Source: Phycisphaerae bacterium (GTDB lineage: Bacteria > Planctomycetota > Phycisphaerae > UBA1845 > Fen-1342). Taken from it: DNA of 64,000 nucleotides. The notes below the pieces were generated by a model. That model made no database searches, was not told the DNA's origin, and saw only the letters and a list, made by a program, of their open reading frames with translations. Positions 46,618 through 56,287 of the stretch are shown piece after piece. The position numbers and the translations under genes were made by a program. Position 1 is the first letter of the stretch, and each line of letters starts with the position of its first letter. The stretch spans positions 32,001 to 96,000 of the forward strand of contig JASFQK010000005.1 in assembly GCA_050115495.1 (NCBI GenBank), read 5' to 3'.

Positions 46618-47898
46618 CTACGGGTTGAGGTCGCTATTGGCGGACGGCCTCGCCGGTGGGTCGAAGACAACGCAGGCGGACGTTCCGTAGATCGGATACC
46701 GAATATGGCAACGATAGCCACGCAGCCGCGACGCGTCCCACGACAGCGTGTCGCACACGTGCTGGAGCATCTCCACGTAATGTCCGACGCCGGCCACGCG
46801 GAAACGAGCCACCCCCTGGCCCATGTACGTGATCGACTCGTTCACTTTCAGTCGATACAGCTCGCCCGTCTGCGAGTTCGGGTTTGCCAGATCCTGCTGT
46901 GTCGTGTCGTACATGATCAGTTCGGGCGCCGCCTCGGGCCACACGTCCTCGTGCAGGAGCATGTCGATCAGCAACGACTTGCACGGCACCGTCGGATCGC
47001 CGAAGGCGGCGATGCGCCGAGGCGGCGTCGTCTGGTACCGCGGGTGTCGGCCCTTCATCGTGCAGGCCGTCGCCACGTCCACCGCCGACCCGGGGCCCAC
47101 CCCGTTGCCCGTCAGCAGGTAATGCGCCCGCAACTCCGTACGAACCACCTTGAACTGCGGCGGCGGCGATGAGCAGAACCGCCGCAACAGCGGGTACTCG
47201 TCCGACGCCTCCGGCGCCGCCAAACCGGCCATCGTGATCGCCTGCGAACCGTTGGCAAAGGCCCCGAGCGACGTGACACAGATCTCCGCGCTGGGCCGCA
47301 GCCGGCGCAAGCCCACCGAGCCGGCGACCAGCGCTGCGTCCACGCGCTCCCCCGTATCGTCCGGGTAGCCGATGAACGCACAGAACTCCGTGTCGGCGTA
47401 GTAACCCTTGAGATTGGCCATGGCCTTGAACGCGGCCTGCTTGTTGGCCATCTCGAACTTCCGGCGGGCCTCGGGCAGCCAGTCGCTGGCCACGCTGTGC
47501 AGGGCGCCCCAGCCGCCCACCTCCTGGTCGAGCAGCCGCTCGAGATCCACGATCGCCTGGCTGGCCCGCTCGATCGCCTCCTTGCGGACGCAGGCCCGGG
47601 AGGCCTTGAGGATCGTGCGCAGCCCTTCGGCCCGCGGCATCTCGCACAACGCCGCCAGCGGGTCGCTGTACTCCACGGCCTTCAGCAATCGCCCCACCAC
47701 GACGCGGTGTGCCTTGAGCACGCGGGCGAACTCGCGCGGCTTCGTGCTCTGCGCGGGCACATCGGCCACAACCTCGCGCAGCGCATCGCGCAGCTTCGCC
47801 GCCCCGTGGCGCAGCCGCACATCCAGTGACTCTCCCCGCGAGTCATCCGAGGGCGCGTGGCCGGAATGCGAAGGGTCATCAGTCGACGTGGGATACAT
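46618..47898 (-). CDS. Uncharacterised putative transcription regulator (paralog 2)
   Basis: 'PREFARVLKAHRVVVGRLL' HTH-like segment; collinear with 42390-43763. Confidence 0.7.
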   Translation of the reverse strand: MYPTSTDDPSHSGHAPSDDSRGESLDVRLRHGAAKLRDALREVVADVPAQSTKPREFARVLKAHRVVVGRLLKAVEYSDPLAALCEMPRAEGLRTILKASRACVRKEAIERASQAIVDLERLLDQEVGGWGALHSVASDWLPEARRKFEMANKQAAFKAMANLKGYYADTEFCAFIGYPDDTGERVDAALVAGSVGLRRLRPSAEICVTSLGAFANGSQAITMAGLAAPEASDEYPLLRRFCSSPPPQFKVVRTELRAHYLLTGNGVGPGSAVDVATACTMKGRHPRYQTTPPRRIAAFGDPTVPCKSLLIDMLLHEDVWPEAAPELIMYDTTQQDLANPNSQTGELYRLKVNESITYMGQGVARFRVAGVGHYVEMLQHVCDTLSWDASRLRGYRCHIRYPIYGTSACVVFDPPARPSANSDLNP

Positions 47899-48001
47899 CG
47901 TCAGAAATTGTCCAGGATGGAATGGTTGATGTCAACACCTACTGAGATGACTGCGCATAAATTTAGTATTAACGATAACTTACATCATATCATGTCGGGT
48001 C

Positions 48002-48052
48002 TCAGATGTCTCTCAGATTCCTCTTGATTCACGACCGGCACCGTGTTAGAAT
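48002..48052 (+). promoter_or_regulatory. Sigma-70-like promoter with tandem TCAGAT repeat abutting the -35 element
   Basis: TCAGAT-N5-TCAGAT (48002-48018), then TTGATT-N17-TAGAAT with extended -10 TG. Confidence 0.45.
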
Positions 48053-48230
48053 CACCTTTGTGCTCTGCAGGAACGCGCACTCGTCGCGCGCCTGCCCGAC
48101 CGCCCGGAGTATTTCCGCCGCGGCGATCCGCGGCACGCCGGCCAGCCGGTCAGAAGCACCGTTGGTGGACAGTGCGACCCCAGCGTCGGTGTCCGGCAGC
48201 GTTCGTAACCCACGTCAGGAGGAACATGTC

Positions 48231-49046
48231 ATGAGGCAAGTGGTGTATAGTGCGATGGGGGCTCTCCTGATGGCCGGTCTGCTTATCTGTCCGGCCACCA
48301 TCGCAGACTCGACCTTCACCATCTCCGATCCCGCCGTCGATTTCCAGGTCATCGACGCCGACGACGGCAGCGGTGAGTACTTCTTCGACGGCATCGGCGA
48401 CTTCGGCCCCTTCTCCACCTTTGCCGATGCCGCCCTCGGCACCGTGGGTGAGGCCCGCTCCATGGCCGAGTTCGACATTTCCGGCTTCAGCATCCCGTCC
48501 GGCGAGACGATTCTCTCCGCCACGCTCGAAGTGCGCCTCACGTCCATCGGCGTCTTCGGCATGGGCATCAACGGTGAGGTGCCGGAGAGCCTGGCCGTTC
48601 ACGGCTACATCGCCAACGGCGTCGACGAGCTGTCCGACTTCGAGGCCGGTATCGGCAACCAGTTGGATTTGGAGCCATTGGTCGACCCCCAGCTCCACGA
48701 CATCGTCACCTTCGACGTGACCGACTACACGGCCGACACGGTCGCCGCCGGCCGGCCCTACCTCGGGCTCATGGTCCGGGCCGCGACGTTCGGCGGGGTC
48801 TGGGTCGGCGAAGGCCAGGGCTATCCCCAGCTCATCATCGAGACGGGGACCCAGTCCTACGACATCGGCGACATGAACTGCGACGGGATCGTCAACAACT
48901 TCGACATCAGCCCGTTCATTCAGGCGCTGACCGACCCCACGGCGTACGAACTCCAGCACCCGGATTGCGACCGCATGCTGGCTGACGTCAACGGCGACGG
49001 CACCGTCAACAACTTCGACATCGGCCCCTTCATCGGGCTGCTATAG
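48231..49046 (+). CDS. Secreted protein with dockerin/EF-hand-like tail
   Basis: AGGAGG RBS; signal peptide; 'GDMNCDGIVNNFDI...DVNGDGTVNNFDI'. Confidence 0.85.
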   Translation: MRQVVYSAMGALLMAGLLICPATIADSTFTISDPAVDFQVIDADDGSGEYFFDGIGDFGPFSTFADAALGTVGEARSMAEFDISGFSIPSGETILSATLEVRLTSIGVFGMGINGEVPESLAVHGYIANGVDELSDFEAGIGNQLDLEPLVDPQLHDIVTFDVTDYTADTVAAGRPYLGLMVRAATFGGVWVGEGQGYPQLIIETGTQSYDIGDMNCDGIVNNFDISPFIQALTDPTAYELQHPDCDRMLADVNGDGTVNNFDIGPFIGLL

Positions 49047-49047
49047 C

Positions 49048-50529
49048 CTACCCTGCGGCCGAGGGTTGTGGGCCGCGCGACGACCCCTGCCCGGTCCCCC
49101 GATACTGGCGGGAGACCAGCTCGTTCAGGCGACGGGCGAGCACCAGTTCGTCCGTCGCCACGAGCGTTCCGTCACGCACGACCTCGCGACCCGCCACGTA
49201 CACGCGCTCCGCTCGCGGCGCTGCGCACAGGACGAGCGCCGCCAGCGGATCGTGCTCCACTGCCCCCGCCAGCGATAAGTCATCCCGACAGAACATCGCG
49301 AAGTCCGCCGCCGCTCCCGGCTGCAAGTGCCCCAGTTCCGGCCGATTCAGGCACGCCGCCGTGCCGGTTGTCGCCAGTCGGAACGCCTCGGTGACCGGGA
49401 AAAGCGCTTCGTGGTCATCCAGCGGCCCCGGCCGCGCGCGATCGGCGTGCGCCGCCGCCGGCCGCACCCGCGCGGTCAGCAGCGCCTGCTTGACCTCCGC
49501 CAGCAGGTTGCCGCCGTCCTGGCTGCTCGACCCGTCCACGCCGAGCCCCACGCGCACACCGCAATTCAGGAGCTGCCGAACCGGCGCCAGCCCGCTGCCG
49601 AGCCGCATGTTCGAGCTCGGGCAATGCACGACGCCCGTCCGCGTCTGCCCCAGCAGCCGCCGCTCGGCCTCACTGAGCCACACGCAATGCGCCAGATAGA
49701 CATCCGGACCGAGCCAGTCGAGGCCTTCGAGATATCGGACCGGCCGCTGCCGATACCGCTTCCGACAGTACTTCTCCTCGCTCAACGTCTCCGCCAGGTG
49801 CGTGTGCAGCAGCACCCCCCGCTCACGCGCCAGCACCCGCGTGTCCCGCAGCATCTCCCGCGTGACGTTGAACGGCGAGCACGGCGCCAAATCAATCCGG
49901 CACATCGCATACGGCGCCGGATCGTGATACGCGTCCAGCACGCGCACGTAGTCCGCCAGCACGTCGGCGTCGCGTTCCACGCAGTCGTCCGGCGGCAGCC
50001 CTCCGGCCGACGCCCCCAGCGTCATGCTCCCCCGGCACAGATGCAGCCGAATCCCCAGCGTCTCCGCCGCCTCGAGCACCGCCTCCAGCCGCGCGTCCCC
50101 CGCCGGCGGCATCATGTAAAAATGATCGTTCGTCGTCGTGCAACCGTGCAGCAGTAACTCGCCGAGGCTCACCAGGGCGGCCGTCCGCACCGCGTCGTAA
50201 TCCAGACGCCGCCAGTACGGATATAGCCCGACCAGCCAGTCGAAGAGCTGCCGGTCCTGCACGGCGGGCAGGCAGCGGGTCAACGACTGATAAAGATGGT
50301 GATGCCCGTTCACCAGCCCCGGTATCACCAGGTAACGCTCGCCGGCGATCACCGCCGCGAACTCGCCCTGTTCGACCCGTCGGCCAACGGCGCTGGCTGG
50401 CAACAGCTCTGTAACTCGCCCGTCGGCGAAGGCGAGACTGTGCTCCGGCAGCACGCGAACCTCGTCGCCCGCAGGCGTGATAATCGTCGCATTGTGGATG
50501 ATCGCGCTCACGCGTGTCCGCTCCTGCAA
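49048..50529 (-). CDS. Amidohydrolase, 8-oxoguanine deaminase-like
   Basis: 'PGLVNGHHHLYQSLTR', 'APCSPF', 'HTHLAE', 'HCPSSNMRLGSG', 'GLGVDGS'. Confidence 0.88.
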   Translation of the reverse strand: MQERTRVSAIIHNATIITPAGDEVRVLPEHSLAFADGRVTELLPASAVGRRVEQGEFAAVIAGERYLVIPGLVNGHHHLYQSLTRCLPAVQDRQLFDWLVGLYPYWRRLDYDAVRTAALVSLGELLLHGCTTTNDHFYMMPPAGDARLEAVLEAAETLGIRLHLCRGSMTLGASAGGLPPDDCVERDADVLADYVRVLDAYHDPAPYAMCRIDLAPCSPFNVTREMLRDTRVLARERGVLLHTHLAETLSEEKYCRKRYRQRPVRYLEGLDWLGPDVYLAHCVWLSEAERRLLGQTRTGVVHCPSSNMRLGSGLAPVRQLLNCGVRVGLGVDGSSSQDGGNLLAEVKQALLTARVRPAAAHADRARPGPLDDHEALFPVTEAFRLATTGTAACLNRPELGHLQPGAAADFAMFCRDDLSLAGAVEHDPLAALVLCAAPRAERVYVAGREVVRDGTLVATDELVLARRLNELVSRQYRGTGQGSSRGPQPSAAG

Positions 50530-50720
50530 CCGCCGCTCCCGGCCGCGGTTCGGCGGATTGTAGCACAGTCTGCCGCGCGAAACGGACCCGGAACACGCTC
50601 CCGGGGGTCGTTGGCTTCGGACGCCGGCCGGCTACAATACGCAGGGATAATGGTTTCCCGACGGGCCGTGGCGCGGGATGTGATGCCCGGCGGCGAATTC
50701 CCCTCGAACGGTTTCCGAGT

Positions 50721-52136
50721 ATGCTGGCGACGACCACCTACCCAACAACAGATCCTCACATGCCCACGCTGCGTCGACGCTGGCTGCCCGGCTCCCGAAC
50801 AACGGCCGGACGCCTCGCCGTCGCGGCGCTGCTGCTGGCCGCCGCCGTCGGCTGCGCCGTGCCTCAGCCACGCGGTGCGGGCGAGCTCAAACGGGTCACC
50901 GAGCCGACGACGTCGCGCGCCTACTGGCTCTACCTGCCCGAGTCCTACGTCCAGGCCGACGAGACCGGCCGCGCCTCCCGCCCCTGGCCACTGGTCTTCA
51001 GCTTCCACGGCATGAAGCCGTTCGATACGGCTCACGCCCAGGCCCGCGAATGGCAGCAGGAGGCGGACCGCTACGGTTTCATCGTCGTCGCCCCCGAGCT
51101 GATCGCCCCCGACGTTCTGCGGCAGTTCCCCGTCCGCCGTGTCGCCCCCAGCTTCAAATCCGACGAAGAGGCGACGCTCGCCATCCTCGATCATGTTTGC
51201 GCCACGACGCATGCCGACTCGAAGCACGTTCTCGCCACGAGCTGGTCCTCCGGCGGGTACCTCGCGCACTACATGCTGAACCATCACCCGGACCGGTTCA
51301 CGTGCCTGGCCGTCCGGCAGTCCAATTACTCCGAACCCATCCTCGATGCCGCCGCCGTGCCTCGGTCTTTGCACCACCCGGTCCTGATCCTCAGCACGCA
51401 GAACGACTTCGCCGGCGTCAAACGCGAAACCCAGCAGGCCATCAACTGGTACCAGCGGTACGGCTACACGAACTTCGCCTGGATCGAAATCAAGGCGCTC
51501 GGCCACGAACGCACGCCCGACATGGCCGCGGCTTTCTTCGCCCGCGTCGCCGGCGTCTCGCCGAACCGCCCGCCGCTCGTCCTGGCTCGTCGCCAGGCTA
51601 TCGGCGGAAACCCGCGCGGGCTGGCCCTCCTCACCGATGCCGCCGCGCCTCCACCGCCGGTGGTCGCCCGCGCCACGCCGCAGCAGCCGGAGACCACCCG
51701 GACGCGTCCGCCGACAGGACCGCGTCCCACCCCGCACGCACGAGCCGTCACGCTCTCAGAGCGGAACGACCTCGAACAGCCCCGGCCACGACCGAGTACG
51801 CTCTCCCAGACCCCCGCCGAGACGCCGCAACCGTTGCCACGCGTCCCCGTCTCCATCCGCGTCTCGTCGGCCATCGGCACCGAGCCTTTCCTACTCGCCT
51901 TCTCCGCCGATTGCCCCGCCGATTGGCAGCGCACCGCCGACTTCCTCTGGACGCTCGACGGCAACCCTATCTGCACCGGCTTGAATGGACACAAGACCAT
52001 CACCGACACCGGCGAGCATACGCTGGGCCTGCTCGTCAAGACGCAGGAAAACAGCGAACACCGCGCTTACCGGCTCATCCGCGTGCTGCCCCACATCGGC
52101 TCTGCCGAACGCCCCGGCTGCTCCGGCGGCTCCTGA
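50721..52136 (+). CDS. Lipoprotein alpha/beta-hydrolase (PHB depolymerase/esterase-like) with Pro-rich linker and PKD-like domain
   Basis: Lipobox 'LLLAAAVGC', 'PLVFSFHG', nucleophile 'SWSSGG', 'LGH'; start may be 50760. Confidence 0.7.
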   Translation: MLATTTYPTTDPHMPTLRRRWLPGSRTTAGRLAVAALLLAAAVGCAVPQPRGAGELKRVTEPTTSRAYWLYLPESYVQADETGRASRPWPLVFSFHGMKPFDTAHAQAREWQQEADRYGFIVVAPELIAPDVLRQFPVRRVAPSFKSDEEATLAILDHVCATTHADSKHVLATSWSSGGYLAHYMLNHHPDRFTCLAVRQSNYSEPILDAAAVPRSLHHPVLILSTQNDFAGVKRETQQAINWYQRYGYTNFAWIEIKALGHERTPDMAAAFFARVAGVSPNRPPLVLARRQAIGGNPRGLALLTDAAAPPPPVVARATPQQPETTRTRPPTGPRPTPHARAVTLSERNDLEQPRPRPSTLSQTPAETPQPLPRVPVSIRVSSAIGTEPFLLAFSADCPADWQRTADFLWTLDGNPICTGLNGHKTITDTGEHTLGLLVKTQENSEHRAYRLIRVLPHIGSAERPGCSGGS

Positions 52137-52140
52137 TCCG

Positions 52141-52560
52141 CTACGCTACCGCATTCAGCACGAACGCCGCTGCCAGCGCCACTGCCGACAGAATGACGCC
52201 CGCGACCGCCTGCCGGCGCCGCTGCGCCCGTCGGTGCCGCCCCCAGTCCGCGACCAAGTCGGCGACGAATGCCGCCGGCACGGCCCCCGCCGGATGCAGC
52301 ACCTCCACGCGGACGGCGCCGGCCGGCCACTCGTCCACGGCCAGTGTGCCGCTCCATAGTCCGCCGAGCAGCACGTCCGTTTGCGTGAAGATGACGCGGC
52401 TGGCGCTTTTCTCGCGAGCGGCGCGATCCACTTCATCCACGTCGCGTGGTGCGCACCAGCGCACGGCTGCCCCGGCCGGCACCAGTTCCTCGACGCTCGC
52501 CGCCAAAGCGTCGTTTTGCCCACCCACGATAATGATCGGCGTATCGTCGCGCTCGTTCAT
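52141..52560 (-). CDS. Hypothetical protein with C-terminal TM helix
   Basis: ATG overlaps the upstream stop; hydrophobic C-terminus. Confidence 0.55.
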   Translation of the reverse strand: MNERDDTPIIIVGGQNDALAASVEELVPAGAAVRWCAPRDVDEVDRAAREKSASRVIFTQTDVLLGGLWSGTLAVDEWPAGAVRVEVLHPAGAVPAAFVADLVADWGRHRRAQRRRQAVAGVILSAVALAAAFVLNAVA

Positions 52561-53354
52561 GGCGTGACCCCATAAGCAAGCCACATGTTGATCGTCAGCA
52601 GGCCCAGGGCGATGACGCCAACGACGCCCGCGTACGGAAAGATGCTCGCCCCCACCAGCCAACCCGGCCCCGTGTAGCGAATCAGCGGCCGAACCGTCAT
52701 GAGCACCAGCACGCCGCCGCCGTGCAGCCCCATCGACAGCCACAGCGAACCGCCCGTCGCCACAAACGCCACGCACAGCAGCAGGCCCAGCGCGACGTGC
52801 CCCGGAAACGTCCAGTAGCGCTTCACGCTCCGCACGTAGTGCGCACCGGCGAACACCAGCGCTCCGATCCCGACGGCGACGGCGGTCGGGCAGGAATCAA
52901 TCAATTCGCCCAGCAGCATGGCCCGAAACAGCAGCTCTTCCACCAGCGCCGCCAACACGGCCGTTCCCGGCACGCCGGCCAGCCGCCGCAACAGCCGCCC
53001 GGCACCATGCCGCATACGGAACTCCACGTTGCCCGTCAGCAGCCACGCCAAGTACAGCAGCGCCAGGTACAGCACGGCCGCCGCCGCCCCGTGGGCCAGC
53101 TCCGCCGGTCGTTCACCCAGCGGCAGAAACCTGGCGTAATACGTCACCGGCGACGCACCACGCAACAGCGGGTACACCAGCACCGCCGCGGCCAGCACAA
53201 CGTTGGCGATCACGCGGTTGGCCGTTCGCAGCCAGCGCGGCAGATCATTCCCGCCGATCTTCCCGCGCAGCGGCAGCCCCGCCCGCCACAGCAGCAGCGT
53301 CTGCCCGAGCCACATCGCCGCCGGCACCAGTACGAGTAGACCCAGCGCCCACAT
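52557..53354 (-). CDS. CPBP (CAAX/Abi) intramembrane metalloprotease
   Basis: 'EELLFR', 'FAGAH', 'GLHGG' motifs; multiple TM helices. Confidence 0.85.
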   Translation of the reverse strand: MWALGLLVLVPAAMWLGQTLLLWRAGLPLRGKIGGNDLPRWLRTANRVIANVVLAAAVLVYPLLRGASPVTYYARFLPLGERPAELAHGAAAAVLYLALLYLAWLLTGNVEFRMRHGAGRLLRRLAGVPGTAVLAALVEELLFRAMLLGELIDSCPTAVAVGIGALVFAGAHYVRSVKRYWTFPGHVALGLLLCVAFVATGGSLWLSMGLHGGGVLVLMTVRPLIRYTGPGWLVGASIFPYAGVVGVIALGLLTINMWLAYGVTP

Positions 53355-53358
53355 GCCG

Positions 53359-54390
53359 CTACTCCGTCCTCTCGCCGAGCGGCTGCGCGTAGCGCGCGTC
53401 GCCCCGCAGCAGCCGCGTCCAGCGTTTGTCCCCCCACAAGTACCATAGCGCCGGCTGCTCCTGCACGAACCGAGCGAACTCGTCCGCGAACCACTGCATA
53501 CAGCGGTGCACGATGTCCCGCCGCTCATCTCCGCCGCGGTCGCCGGTCGTGTGCGGACACGGTCCGCGCAGCACCAGCCTATGTCGCGAGCCCTCCATCT
53601 CCGCCAGCAGCATGTATAGCGACCGGCCCGTGCGCAGCGCCAGCCATGCCGCTCCCGCCGGCAGGTAGATCTCCCGTCCGCACCAGCGCACCGCCGTTCC
53701 GGACTCGCGCTTCTGCGGCAGGTCCGGCGTGATGAACAGCGTACGGCCGGCGCGCAGCGCATTCACCATGCGCCCCAGCCGTCCGAGCGAACCGGAAGCC
53801 CCGGCCGGCTCGGAGATCCAGTCCACGCCGCTGGCCTGGTACCATCGCTGCTTGGCTGTCTGCCGGCTCGCATCCTTCGAATAGCGCAGGTACACCGTCA
53901 GCGGCATCTCGCTGTTGAGCCGCGTCAGGTGGAGCAGGTAATCGTTGATGTGCGGGCCGACGAGAACCACGCCCTGCCCGCCCTGCGATGAGGCGCACAG
54001 CTCAGACACGGCGTCATCGAGCGTGATCCGCTCGGCGGCCAGCGCTGCCAGTACCTCGGTCCCGCCCGCCGGCGGCCGCCGCCCCGCACAGCGCAAGGCG
54101 TGCAGCGCCCCCGAGAAATGCCGGCCCGCCTGGGCGAAGTACGTGTGATGCACTGCTGGCGTGTACACCCCCACCGCCCGCATGTTCTCGGCCACCTGCC
54201 GGGCCAGCACCGGTAGCCACGCCCCGCACGTCCCCAGCGCCCGCCCGACGCACTCCACGCCGCCCGCCGTCAGCCGCGGCGCCGCCGCCACGGCGAGGTC
54301 CGTCGCTCGTCGGGTCAGCCAGTGCCGCAGCGCTCGCCGCAATATGCGTCTCCCATACCAACCACGCGGCCGCCGCGCGGTCCATATCAT
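53359..54390 (-). CDS. Lysophospholipid/lipid A acyltransferase family protein (LpxL-like)
   Basis: 'GVVLVGPH', 'LFITPD', 'PAGAAWLALRTG', 'P..WYLW..KRW'. Confidence 0.75.
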   Translation of the reverse strand: MIWTARRPRGWYGRRILRRALRHWLTRRATDLAVAAAPRLTAGGVECVGRALGTCGAWLPVLARQVAENMRAVGVYTPAVHHTYFAQAGRHFSGALHALRCAGRRPPAGGTEVLAALAAERITLDDAVSELCASSQGGQGVVLVGPHINDYLLHLTRLNSEMPLTVYLRYSKDASRQTAKQRWYQASGVDWISEPAGASGSLGRLGRMVNALRAGRTLFITPDLPQKRESGTAVRWCGREIYLPAGAAWLALRTGRSLYMLLAEMEGSRHRLVLRGPCPHTTGDRGGDERRDIVHRCMQWFADEFARFVQEQPALWYLWGDKRWTRLLRGDARYAQPLGERTE

Positions 54391-54473
54391 CGTGCGTGAG
54401 TATAATCCCGGCCGGCACGCGGCGACATCAACGCGACGACGACACGCACTCCGAGAACCCGGAGGACTCTGAT

Positions 54474-54812
54474 ATGCTCAAACGACTTCACTTCGCGGCG
54501 GTGGCCCTGGCCCTGCTCGCCCTGTCCGGGTGTGCCCACAACGCCATCACCGGCGACGGCAGCCGGCACGATCTCCTGCTCCACAACACGGCCCGGCTCG
54601 ACGGCGAGGACATCGACCTGACCATCCTCGCCGGCTCGGACGTGCGCAAGCTCTCCATCGTGGGTGAAGGCAACCGCGTCGTCATTCAGGACGGCGCCGT
54701 CGTGCACAAGGTCGAGGTTGTCGGCGAGGATAACGAGGTGACCTGCCCCGCCGGCATGCGGGTCGAGTACACCGAAATCGGTGAAGACAACGACCTCCGC
54801 TACCGGCCGTAG
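54474..54812 (+). CDS. Small lipoprotein with beta-solenoid repeats
   Basis: GGAGG RBS; lipobox 'LSGC'; repeated 'I/VxGxxN' units. Confidence 0.7.
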   Translation: MLKRLHFAAVALALLALSGCAHNAITGDGSRHDLLLHNTARLDGEDIDLTILAGSDVRKLSIVGEGNRVVIQDGAVVHKVEVVGEDNEVTCPAGMRVEYTEIGEDNDLRYRP

Positions 54813-54818
54813 CCGCCG

Positions 54819-56249
54819 CTAGCTTCCGCCGACCTGCGGTTGGATTGGCCCGCCGCCCCCGCCGGGCGCCGGACCGCCCAGCGCCGGCGGCCCGCCACCG
54901 CCCACCGGCTGCGTCACGATGCGACGAACGATGAACACGCGGCGTGCGGCGGGCTGTCGGGCCAGGGCGGCCGCCCGCTCAATCAGCACGATACAGAACA
55001 GCATCATCGACGCGTTGAAGTTCGTCGGGCTGGCCAGCTTGCTCTCCACGAGACCGGTCGCAGCCAGTGCCAGGAATCCGCCGAAGACCCCTCGCATCGC
55101 GTCCTTCAACACCGGATCCGCGTGCTTGCTGGCCAGCACGCGCACGCACTGCCACGCGGCGCGGGACATGGCCGCCAGCCACAATCCCAGGGCAACCGCC
55201 CCGCCGTCGTACCACAGCGACAGGTATGAGTTGTGCAACCCGCCCGTGAAGTACCGGTGCGAGAAATACTCGCTCATCCCGGCGCCGTGCCCAATGATCG
55301 GGTTCCGCATGATCGCGCCTAATGCCACCATCCAGCGGGTCATGCGACCGGTCGTCCCGCTCTCCTGGTACCACAGGCGTTTCACGATGATGGCATGCGT
55401 GACCGGGTCGACCATGCTCAGCACGATTGCCGTCGCCGCGACCACCAGCCCTATCAGCACTGCCGCCCCCAGCAGACGCTTCAGCCCGAGGCGAAACAGC
55501 AGCAGCGGTATCATGCCGATCATCGCCCCGAATAACCCGCCGCGCTGCGCCGTGCGAATCAGCATCGGCAGCATGATGATGGCGCCAGCCCCACAGGTGT
55601 ACTTGTACAGCTTGCGGTTACCTGGCTTCATCAACCCCCACAGGACAAACGAAGCCACACCGGCCGAAACCACGCCCAGCGACTGCGGATCCGTCACGCC
55701 GGCGAACTTGCCGCCACCCGTGGCCGCCTGCCCGCCGGCCGCACTACCGAAAACCAGGTTGACTGCGATCCAGACGACACCGACCAGGGCGACGACACCG
55801 ATGGCCCGTTGCAGACGCGCCGTGTCGGTCACATAGCGCAGCGTCGCCCCGGTCAACCCCACGGACAGCAGAACGAAGCCTATGCAGATTTGCAGGCTCC
55901 AACTGACGTTCTCTGCAAACGGCACCCATAGGAACATGTACAGGCCGTAACAGAGCATCAGCGCCGGGCCCAGGCCGACGCGCCGCATGCCGTACAACCC
56001 CAGCGGGAACAAGGCGAACACGGCTCCGTACCGCAACAGGGTCAGCACGCCCTGCGTCGGGCCGCCCATCAGCGAGAACGTTTGCCCCACCAGCAGCAGC
56101 ATTAGCAGCGGGCGATACGCCCGCATCACGATCAGCGCCACGCCGATCGCCACCGCCAGCGACAGCACCATGATCAGCAGGCCGCTGTACTCCGACTCCA
56201 TGACCTGCTGCAGACGTTCCAGAAGTGGATTTTGGTCGCCGCGTTGCAT
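54819..56249 (-). CDS. O-antigen ligase/polymerase family membrane protein
   Basis: Many TM helices; 'QRGG', 'TGR...W', 'PIIGHGAG', 'HNSYL'. Confidence 0.85.
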   Translation of the reverse strand: MQRGDQNPLLERLQQVMESEYSGLLIMVLSLAVAIGVALIVMRAYRPLLMLLLVGQTFSLMGGPTQGVLTLLRYGAVFALFPLGLYGMRRVGLGPALMLCYGLYMFLWVPFAENVSWSLQICIGFVLLSVGLTGATLRYVTDTARLQRAIGVVALVGVVWIAVNLVFGSAAGGQAATGGGKFAGVTDPQSLGVVSAGVASFVLWGLMKPGNRKLYKYTCGAGAIIMLPMLIRTAQRGGLFGAMIGMIPLLLFRLGLKRLLGAAVLIGLVVAATAIVLSMVDPVTHAIIVKRLWYQESGTTGRMTRWMVALGAIMRNPIIGHGAGMSEYFSHRYFTGGLHNSYLSLWYDGGAVALGLWLAAMSRAAWQCVRVLASKHADPVLKDAMRGVFGGFLALAATGLVESKLASPTNFNASMMLFCIVLIERAAALARQPAARRVFIVRRIVTQPVGGGGPPALGGPAPGGGGGPIQPQVGGS

Positions 56250-56287
56250 GTATGCTCAGCTCTGCGGTTGCTGTCAGGTTCCTTCGT

